Shown here: piece after piece, positions 8,747-14,856 of the stretch
Numbering within the stretch: position 1 is the first letter of the stretch
Layout: each line of letters begins with the position of its first letter
Assembly (NCBI GenBank): GCA_002794465.1
Contig: MTSL01000195.1
Span: 1,678 to 16,533 of the forward strand
Source: Paramicrosporidium saccamoebae KSL3
Taxonomy: Eukaryota > Fungi > Cryptomycota
Direction: 5' to 3'
Length of the DNA stretch: 14,856 bases
Notes under the pieces: generated by a model
What the model saw: only the letters and a program-made list of their open reading frames with translations
What the model was told of the DNA's origin: nothing
Databases searched by the model: none
Position numbers and translations under genes: made by a program

Positions 8747-9349
8747 ATGAAAGAGGAGAGTTTTGCCAAGCTTTTTCGGGTGTCGAAATTTGTGCAATTT
8801 GACCCAAAGATTCAACGTATCTACAAAGCATCTGCCCTACCACCCACCGCTTCTACTAAAAAGATAACACCTACAGACCAGCGACCTTCCTTTTACGGCT
8901 TCAAAAGTGACCTTCATCCCACATACTATGGTCGTAAATTGGGGCATGTGCAAATGACGAAACTGGATGGACACTATGGTTTGTGCACTATGCGCAATGG
9001 CGCCGACAAGCTTTTAATGTTTACTGTTTTGAATGAATTACAGCGGCTATTGGGAACTGGCCCTTCTGATGGAATCCAGCAGTCGACCTGGAGCGACTTT
9101 AGCCATCGTCCGACAATGTGCAAGCAGGGCGTGCGTGTTCCCGGGCGGGTCTTGAACCGTTTAGATACCGGATATGCGATCGGCATCGGCGGCATTGTGG
9201 CTGAGCTACCCAGCTCCGAGATTCCACCAATGCAACATTTTTCGAGGAGTGATATAGCGGGACGGAAAGCCTTTTACTTTTATGTGAAGCAGGCCGAGTT
9301 TGGCAAGGATGGACGTCCAAAAGTAGTTGTATCACTAAAGGCACAATAA
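8747..9349 (+). CDS. MRP51: Probable mitochondrial small-subunit ribosomal protein bS1m (Mrp51-like), 200 aa
   Basis: N-terminal SFAKLFRVSKFVQFDPKIQRIY...YGFKSDL resembles my recollection of the fungal Mrp51 N-terminal motif (F..LLR.S.F..FDP.I.Q.Y...GLKR.LP). C-terminal S1-like segment VPGRVLN...GYAIGIGGIVAELP. ATG at 8747. Recognised by eye only. Confidence 0.62.
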   Translation: MKEESFAKLFRVSKFVQFDPKIQRIYKASALPPTASTKKITPTDQRPSFYGFKSDLHPTYYGRKLGHVQMTKLDGHYGLCTMRNGADKLLMFTVLNELQRLLGTGPSDGIQQSTWSDFSHRPTMCKQGVRVPGRVLNRLDTGYAIGIGGIVAELPSSEIPPMQHFSRSDIAGRKAFYFYVKQAEFGKDGRPKVVVSLKAQ

Positions 9350-9350
9350 A
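9345..9350 (+). promoter_or_regulatory. Putative polyadenylation signal AATAAA overlapping the MRP51 stop codon
   Basis: caAATAAAc contains the TAA stop at 9347-9349. Confidence 0.45.
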
Positions 9351-9435
9351 CTGCTTCTTGCAGAACGGCGGAAACAGGGATAGAAACCTTTACGGCAACG
9401 GACAATGTTCAGGCCCTCTATGGATAACAAACGGA

Positions 9436-9441
9436 TTTATT
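9436..9441 (-). promoter_or_regulatory. Putative polyadenylation signal AATAAA of ARP2
   Basis: tttatt on the plus strand, 7 nt downstream of the TAG stop at 9449-9451. Confidence 0.5.
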
Positions 9442-9448
9442 GACACGA

Positions 9449-10714
9449 CTATTTAGGACCAAATTTTGTCTCCAGGACTCTTGGGCCTTGTTCTTCCCAT
9501 TCACGTTTGGTGATCCAAAATGCTTCATTATCTTTCATCAAGTCAGCCAAGACTGATCCTCCCATAAAGACCATGTGTTTGCGCTTTGGCGGATCTTCAA
9601 TTCTCATTTTGAACTTTGACTGGCGTGTCGTGTCACCTTGCAATACACGATCAAGGTATAGCTTTTTCATGTCGTTCTCAAGACGAGTAGGCAGTCCTGG
9701 ATACATGGTTGTGCCTCCGGAGAGAACAATGTGTTTGTACAAATCTGCCCGTAAATCTACATCGGCTCCATTGATGGCCAAAAAGAGCTGCTCGGATAAT
9801 CCCGGACACTCCTTGTCAATCAGATGGGGCTGAAATAGAATTTCGGGGGCTTCGAATCGCTCCGACCCTACTTTGATGGTACGACCATCCGGTAGCGTAT
9901 AATCTTTCATCAGAACAGTAGTCTCGACTGCAAGCTTTCGCTCCAACTCGAGATCAGCACTCACATAGCAAAGCTTTTCCTTAATTTCACGCACCGTTTC
10001 AAAGTCGGCGGTGCTATTGAAAGAATATCCGCGATGAAAGAGAAGTTTGATCATTTGCCGTGTGATATCGCGTCCAGCTATATCAAGTCTCTTGATTAAA
10101 TGCGGCATGGAGTAGCCATCAAACACTGGAACAATGTGCGTCACTCCGTCACCAGAGTCAACTACGACTCCACTCTGAAGGCCTACAAATTCAAATATCA
10201 TTGGCCCTTTTACCTTGAGCGTACAATGTCAGTACAGCCTGCACTCCGACGTACACCCCTTCAAATCCAAAATGTTCAAACATTGTGGCAACCATTTTCT
10301 CGCGATTCTTCTTTGGGTTCAGCGGCGGCTCCGTAAGCAGAATTTTGTGCTCTTGCGGATTGACGCCCAGACACTCCTTAAACGTGTGTTCCCATAACAG
10401 CTCCATGTCGTCCCAATTTTGGATGATCCCATTTTCCATCGGATGGGACACGTCCAAGTAAGAGCGGTACTTTAGTACATCGTCGCCGTACATGACATCT
10501 TTTAGAGCAGACAGGACGCTATCGGAGCCCAAAGTCGTGCCACGCCTATTGTTTGCGCGGATGACTGGTCGTCCGAGAACGCTGGGAAAGACGGCCGCAG
10601 GAAAGTTGGACTTGCTAAAGCCACATTTTACAAACTAAATATTCAGACGGGAAGAGAGACGGGTACTCCGGTGCCATTGTCACATATAATAACCGGTTTG
10701 CTATCTGGAATCAT
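9449..10714 (-). CDS. ARP2: Actin-related protein 2 (Arp2/3 complex), 3 exons (10714-10667, 10634-10214, 10182-9449), 400 aa
   Basis: Spliced frame: [16 protein letters not shown]|[12 protein letters not shown]...[14 protein letters not shown]...LLTEPPLNP...VLTLYAQ|[16 protein letters not shown]...[24 protein letters not shown]. These are Arp2-type rather than actin-type motifs. Confidence 0.95.
10183..10213 (-). other. ARP2 intron 2, 31 nt, GT-AG, phase 1
   Basis: gtaaaagggccaatgatatttgaatttgtag joins the two track ORFs at YAQ-G|GC-L. Confidence 0.92.
10635..10666 (-). other. ARP2 intron 1, 32 nt, GT-AG, phase 0
   Basis: gtacccgtctctcttcccgtctgaatatttag joins DNGTG to FVKCG. Confidence 0.92.
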
Positions 10715-10865
10715 CCGTCCCTAAACGATTTTTGCTTTTCGCATAAACAGCTGTGGCTGTTCATCAAAACTGCCAAATCAATTGCGTATAGTGTGATCAT
10801 CTATGAGTGTTCCATAAGTAATGTATTGCGAAGCTATTAATACGTGCTAATTTACAGCCCAGTTC

Positions 10866-11725
10866 ATGAAACTCGACCTTGTTTGGGCAGTTATCCTCGG
10901 GACTGTGCATTCAGAGGCTTGCAACGGGTATCCAGCCGCAAATTGCAATGGTAATCATATAATCTATGGGCAAATCAACTGTTAGATTTGGTGGAGTTTG
11001 ATACTAGAATTCAGACTGTCATTCCCCGCATAATTAACGAGGGAGATTACGTCATTCGTGAATTTGACGGGATTTTGGATAAGGACCCACAAGAATTCTA
11101 CTTTGATGGAGTCGGCGTCGAGGCCGATCGTCGGTTCAAACTATCTGGCCATCCGGTGATCAAAGTCGACATTACTGATGGCTTCAACTTGGGCGATTCC
11201 TTTATTGTTTATGCCAACAATGAGCTCGCGGCAGTGAGTCCCATCCCAGAGACGCGGAAAGATTTGTTCGTCCCAAACTACGAATCTGCCAGATCGGATC
11301 TCCGTTTCAGCAGCGCTCAAATTGTACTCACTAAGCCCTGCACCCTCCGCATATTCACACGTGCTGCTCCTTATGGCATGGGTGCAGGCTACATTAAAGC
11401 CAGATCAGTCCGCACGTGTGATTTTGCAAAATTTGGTTTTTTTCTGATTTCGACCACACTGGAACGCCACAATGCAGACCTTGCATGTGCAGCTCATGGC
11501 GGAGCACTGGCGCTCATAAAGGATGCGCTGGACGCAAAAAAAGCACGCTACGTGCTTGATCGGTGTCTCGGTGGAGAGGTGCAGAGTGCTTGGATTGGAT
11601 CCTATAAAAATCACAAAGAAGGACCACTAAGCATTTCCAGCTTCCCTGAATACTCAGGACTTAGGCAGGGAGTAGTACTTGCCGACTACAGCAGCCGATC
11701 ACTACCCGTCTTGTGCTCAATATAG
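10866..11725 (+). CDS. Secreted orphan protein: beta-rich N-terminal domain plus C-type-lectin-like domain, 2 exons (10866-10950, 10986-11725), 274 aa
   Basis: A missed first exon gives the signal peptide MKLDLVWAVILGTVHS-EACNG, spliced in phase to the 245-aa track ORF. The C-terminal part shows CTLD hallmarks: A..AC..HGGALALI, AWIGSY and terminal LPVLC. Confidence 0.75.
10951..10985 (+). other. Intron, 35 nt, GT-AG, phase 1, in the secreted orphan gene
   Basis: gtaatcatataatctatgggcaaatcaactgttag. Unspliced reading stops at the acceptor TAG; splicing joins CN-G|AT-LVEF. Confidence 0.8.
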
Positions 11726-11928
11726 ATATAAAGCCCTTTGCCAAGCAATTTATTATTATGTAAAGTAGTGGAATGTTTAGCTGGGCCCTGGGTGCTGGGT
11801 GTTTGTGCAGATATATAGAAAGGAGAATCGGAGGCAAGGGACGAAACAATCAACTCTAACGTTTGAACACTATGCTGGCGAGTCCATACCAACTGGCGAT
11901 AAACATTTCCCTGCCGTCCATTTAAACA

Positions 11929-11934
11929 TTTATT
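11929..11934 (-). promoter_or_regulatory. Putative polyadenylation signal AATAAA of APT1
   Basis: tttatt on the plus strand, immediately after the tandem hairpin repeat. Confidence 0.5.
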
Positions 11935-11936
11935 GC

Positions 11937-12006
11937 CACCGTGGTGGTGCTCCCACCACGCAACAGTTATGACACCGTGGTAATACGCCCACCACGCGAC
12001 AATTAT
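11937..12006 (-). repeat. Two 34-bp direct repeats (36-bp period), each an 8-bp hairpin, in the APT1 3' UTR
   Basis: Plus strand caccgtggtggtgctcccaccacgcaacagttat (11937-11970) and caccgtggtaatacgcccaccacgcgacaattat (11973-12006), 28/34 identical. Confidence 0.88.
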
Positions 12007-12792
12007 AATTCAGTCTTTTCTGGAATCGCCAGACAACCATTGATAAATTCGACAACGTCTGCAATTTCCTCCTCACACGAACTGTGCTGCATTCCTTCGT
12101 AGCTCTTGGCAGTGATACGAGCCCCACCAAGCTGTCGGAGGAATTCTACGCTCTTTCTATGCCAGCTGTATTGGACTACAAAGTCTGCAGTCCCGTGGCC
12201 AGCAAACACAGGCGTAGTTAGCGGATGAGGAGGGAGGGACTTTATCAGTTTTCGACACGGAATGTAACCAGAAAGGGCGATTATGCCACCAAGCTTGATA
12301 TCCGGATGTACTAATGCGGTGAATAACGAAGTTGCAGCGCCCTGAGAGAAGCCGCCGATGAAGATGCGTTCATTTGGGATGCCTGCTGCCTGCTCCACCT
12401 TTACGTAATCGAGCAGGGCATTTGCAGATTTCTGCAAGCCTGTTTCGTCTTCATTTTCATCAGTATCACTCAGTGTGTAGATATCATACCAAGCCGGCAT
12501 CTTCATTCCGCTATTCAGTGTCACCGGAATCTGTGGCGCGTGGGGACAAATAAATTTCATGAAACGGAATTTCTTGGATAGTTGGCGCATAACGGGTGCC
12601 CACCCATGGCCTGAATCTCCAAGACCATGAAGAAATATGAATGAGGCTGTGTGCTGGACAGCTGCTTCAATGATTATTGGAGTGGATGCAAGCATTCCAA
12701 TATGAGCCCCTGTCAGATCGTGGTGACTGATCAATTGTTATGTGGTGAGAGTATTGTCACGAGGTGGGAAATATGCCAAAGCACAGACACAT
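12003..12792 (-). CDS. APT1: Acyl-protein thioesterase 1 / lysophospholipase. Safe core from ATG 12695 (230 aa); tentative extra 5' exon 12792-12761 (251 aa)
   Basis: IFLHGLGDSGHGW, KFICPHAP..PVTLNSGMKMPAWYDI, nucleophile GGFSQGAA, GHGTADFVV (Asp) and YEGMQHSSC (His): the LYPLA/APT family. Confidence 0.92.
12727..12760 (-). other. Tentative APT1 intron, 34 nt, GT-AG, phase 2
   Basis: gtgacaatactctcaccacataacaattgatcag joins MCLCFGIFPT-TC|T-HHDLTG in the correct phase and removes in-frame stops. The donor is weaker and the branch motif is not at -9. Confidence 0.45.
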
Positions 12793-13060
12793 TGGATAGT
12801 CAACTTTTCTGTCCCTCGCCTCTGCCGTCTTTCACTTCCGACCCTTCGCTCCAAATTTGGGCATATGGCAACAAATACCCAGCTGGTCATCCCATTACTT
12901 TATAAATAATTAAACGGCGACCTATTTACAGTAGCTATGAAAGCACTTGTAATGGAGAGGGAGTGAAATTTCGCACATGCGCCTATATAGAACTGAATAT
13001 GATTGAAATAAATGTTTATGGTCGACTTCACCAGCCCCGGCAATCGTCCAATTCTCTATA

Positions 13061-14856
13061 ATGGACCAAGGCCAGACCATTGCGCCGAGCTCATCGCGTA
13101 TTCGGCGGTTAGAACGGATGACAGCCGACTATTGGCGACAAATGACTAGGACTGGTGGCGCCTATGTTCCGCCAAAGCGCATGTCGACAGAGACACAGCA
13201 GCTGCCAGACCGGGAGAGTGAAGCGTTTCAGAGGTTGAGCTGGGATGCGCTTCGTCGCTCACTTAACGGTCTCATCAACAAGGTCAATGGTTCAAACATC
13301 AAAAAAATTGTAGAAGAACTCATTGGAGAAAATTTGATCAGAGGACGGGGTCTCTTCTGTCGTTCCATCATGAAGGCACAAGCGGCCTCAATGATTTATA
13401 CACCAGTTTACGCAGCAGTTGTGGCCGTTCTGAACACCAAATTCCCACTTTTGGGCGAGCTGCTAGCGACACGGCTAGTTTCGCAATTTAGACGCTCTTA
13501 TAGAAGGAATGACAAGCTACAGTGCCTAGCCGCGACCACCTTTATTTCCCATCTTGTAAATCAGCATGTCCTGCATGACATTTGCGCCTTGCAAATGCTG
13601 ATGCTCCTTCTGGATCGTCCAACAGACGACAGTGTGGAGATTGCGGTGGGGTTGATGAAGGAGGTGGGTGCCGCCCTGAGTGAGCTATCGCCAAAGCCAA
13701 CAAACGCAGTTTTTGAACGCTTCCGTGCCGTCTTACATGAGGGCGTCATTGACAAAAGGGTTCAATATATGATTGAAGTGCTTTTCCAAACTCGCAAGGA
13801 CAAGTTTAAAGATAATGTTGCTATTCCTCCCGCACTAGATCTCGTTGAGGAAGAGGATCAAATCAGCCACTATATAATGCTGGACGATAAACTTGATACT
13901 CAAGATGGGACAAATATTTTTAAATTTGATGAAGAATTTACCCAACACGAGGACGAGTATGAAGCAATCAAGATGGAAATCCTCGGCAATGAAGAGGATG
14001 AAGAAGAGGAAGACGAGGTGGTCGAAGAGGAAGAAGAAAAAGGCGCTATCCACGACAAAACTGATACCAATCTGATCAATTTCAGAAAAACTGTCTACTT
14101 GACAATCATGTCGAGTTTGGACTTTGAAGAATGTGGACACAAGATTTTAAAGATGAACATGCCCCCCGATTTTGAAATTGAGCTGTGCCACATGATTGTG
14201 GAATGCTCCTCAAATGAGCGCAATTATCTAAAATTCTTTGGTCTGCTTGCAGAACGCTTTTGTAAAATTGATCCAATTTGGAGGGAAAATTTTGAGAGGT
14301 GCTTTGTAGAAGTTTATTCCACTGCGCATCGCCTGGAAACCAACAAGATTAGAAATGTTTCAAAGCTGTTTGGGCACTTGTTTGAATCTGACGCCATCAC
14401 CTGGGCTGTCCTTGAATGTGTTCGTCTGACAGAGGAGGATACCACAGCTGCGGGGCGTATCTTTATCAAATTCTTGTTCCAGGATCTTGCCGAATTTTAT
14501 GGGATACCCAAGCTTCACGAGCGTCTTTCCGATGCCGAATTCCAGCCGTACTTTGAAGGCATCTTCCCATCTGATGATGCTGCCCACTTGCGTTTCAGTG
14601 TCAACTATTTTACTGCGATTGGATTGGGTGGGCTAACTGAAGAAATGCGAGATCGACTCAAAATTATCCAATCATCCTTGATTGATACGTCCAAACCAAC
14701 CGTGCTTGCTCAATCAAGACGTGCAATTGAACCCCCGAGTCCACAGTCGCCAAGGCACCGTAGTCGCTCAAGGTCACCAAGACGTCAGAGGCATTCAAGG
14801 TCGCCAAGGCGCTGTAGTCGCTCAAGGTCACCAAGACGTCGTAGTCGCTCAAGATC
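13061..14856 (+). CDS. CWC22: Pre-mRNA-splicing factor Cwc22 (MIF4G + MA3 domains, RS-rich tail); runs off the right edge
   Basis: Stop-free frame from ATG 13061 (alternative ATGs at 13118 and 13142): RTGGAYVPP, FQRLSWDALRRSLNGLINKVN, ENLIRGRGLFCRSIMKAQ, acidic linker, KTVYLTIMSSLDFEECGHK, HRLETNKIRN, RFSVNYFTAIGLGGLTEEMR. Not in the ORF track because there is no stop in the window. Confidence 0.95.
   Translation, partial: MDQGQTIAPSSSRIRRLERMTADYWRQMTRTGGAYVPPKRMSTETQQLPDRESEAFQRLSWDALRRSLNGLINKVNGSNIKKIVEELIGENLIRGRGLFCRSIMKAQAASMIYTPVYAAVVAVLNTKFPLLGELLATRLVSQFRRSYRRNDKLQCLAATTFISHLVNQHVLHDICALQMLMLLLDRPTDDSVEIAVGLMKEVGAALSELSPKPTNAVFERFRAVLHEGVIDKRVQYMIEVLFQTRKDKFKDNVAIPPALDLVEEEDQISHYIMLDDKLDTQDGTNIFKFDEEFTQHEDEYEAIKMEILGNEEDEEEEDEVVEEEEEKGAIHDKTDTNLINFRKTVYLTIMSSLDFEECGHKILKMNMPPDFEIELCHMIVECSSNERNYLKFFGLLAERFCKIDPIWRENFERCFVEVYSTAHRLETNKIRNVSKLFGHLFESDAITWAVLECVRLTEEDTTAAGRIFIKFLFQDLAEFYGIPKLHERLSDAEFQPYFEGIFPSDDAAHLRFSVNYFTAIGLGGLTEEMRDRLKIIQSSLIDTSKPTVLAQSRRAIEPPSPQSPRHRSRSRSPRRQRHSRSPRRCSRSRSPRRRSRSR
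14747..14854 (+). repeat. Coding tandem repeat, at least 4 x 27 nt (A-B-A-B, 54-nt higher order), encoding an RS/SPRR domain of Cwc22
   Basis: tcgccaaggcaccgtagtcgctcaagg / tcaccaagacgtcagaggcattcaagg / tcgccaaggcgctgtagtcgctcaagg / tcaccaagacgtcgtagtcgctcaaga = SPRHRSRSR, SPRRQRHSR, SPRRCSRSR, SPRRRSRSR. Confidence 0.92.

Noticed and set aside
8622-8747. 41-codon Met-rich ORF between LAP3 and MRP51
   Set aside because: It is the tail of the unspliced LAP3 frame, lies just past the LAP3 poly(A) signal in the probable MRP51 promoter, and shows no recognisable features.
9269-9277. Exact U5 snRNA loop-1 sequence GCCTTTTAC
   Set aside because: Lies inside the MRP51-like CDS (RKAFY), has only a weak flanking stem and no Sm site.
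11781-11799. CTGGG three times at 7-bp period (G-quadruplex candidate)
   Set aside because: Only three close G-tracts, too short to support a call.
11937-12006. CRISPR-like palindromic repeats with a 36-bp period
   Set aside because: Only two units, separated by 2 nt with no spacer. No cas genes, and the context is eukaryotic.
12872-12883. 12-mer CAAATACCCAGC shared with the tandem repeat (3117-3128), upstream of both deacylase genes
   Set aside because: With roughly 2 kb of intergenic DNA on two strands, one 12-mer match is not far from chance expectation. It would need genome-wide enrichment.
241-14852. Remaining short track ORFs (e.g. 3693-4142, 4821-5246, 8160-8504, 9507-9833, 13835-14140, 14664-14852)
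   Set aside because: Antisense or off-frame shadows of real genes, many with TTG/GTG starts not expected in a eukaryote. The repetitive 14664-14852 peptide just mirrors the Cwc22 RS repeat.
1-14856. Mobile elements, rRNA, prokaryotic operons or defence systems
   Set aside because: No transposase, reverse transcriptase, integrase, terminal repeats or rRNA-like sequence recognised. Gene content and introns are eukaryotic.

Overview
Eukaryotic, highly compact, fungus-like nuclear DNA, not prokaryotic. The window holds 9 protein-coding genes (2 cut by the window edges) and one tRNA-Pro(AGG). Intergenic gaps are about 100-640 bp. I can read 9 ultrashort spliceosomal introns of 30-35 nt (8 well supported, 1 tentative) that the ORF track misses. 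Gene order: partial secreted orphan (-), GPI inositol-deacylase BST1/PGAP1 (-), 749-aa orphan type I membrane repeat protein (-), SCO1 (+, 5 exons), tRNA-Pro (-), bleomycin hydrolase LAP3 (+, 2 exons), probable mitoribosomal MRP51/bS1m (+), ARP2 (-, 3 exons), secreted beta-domain/C-type-lectin-like orphan (+, 2 exons), acyl-protein thioesterase APT1 (-), CWC22 (+, partial). Tiny introns with retained respiratory/mitoribosome genes and Arp2 suggest a Cryptomycota/early-microsporidia parasite such as Paramicrosporidium; this is inference and not verified. The most interesting observations are a tandem hairpin pair in the APT1 3' UTR whose stems are kept only on the mRNA strand, a near-fixed branch-point geometry in the tiny introns (plus one GC-AG intron), and two orphan surface/secreted proteins with unusual architectures. 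All analysis was by eye; no database searches were run.
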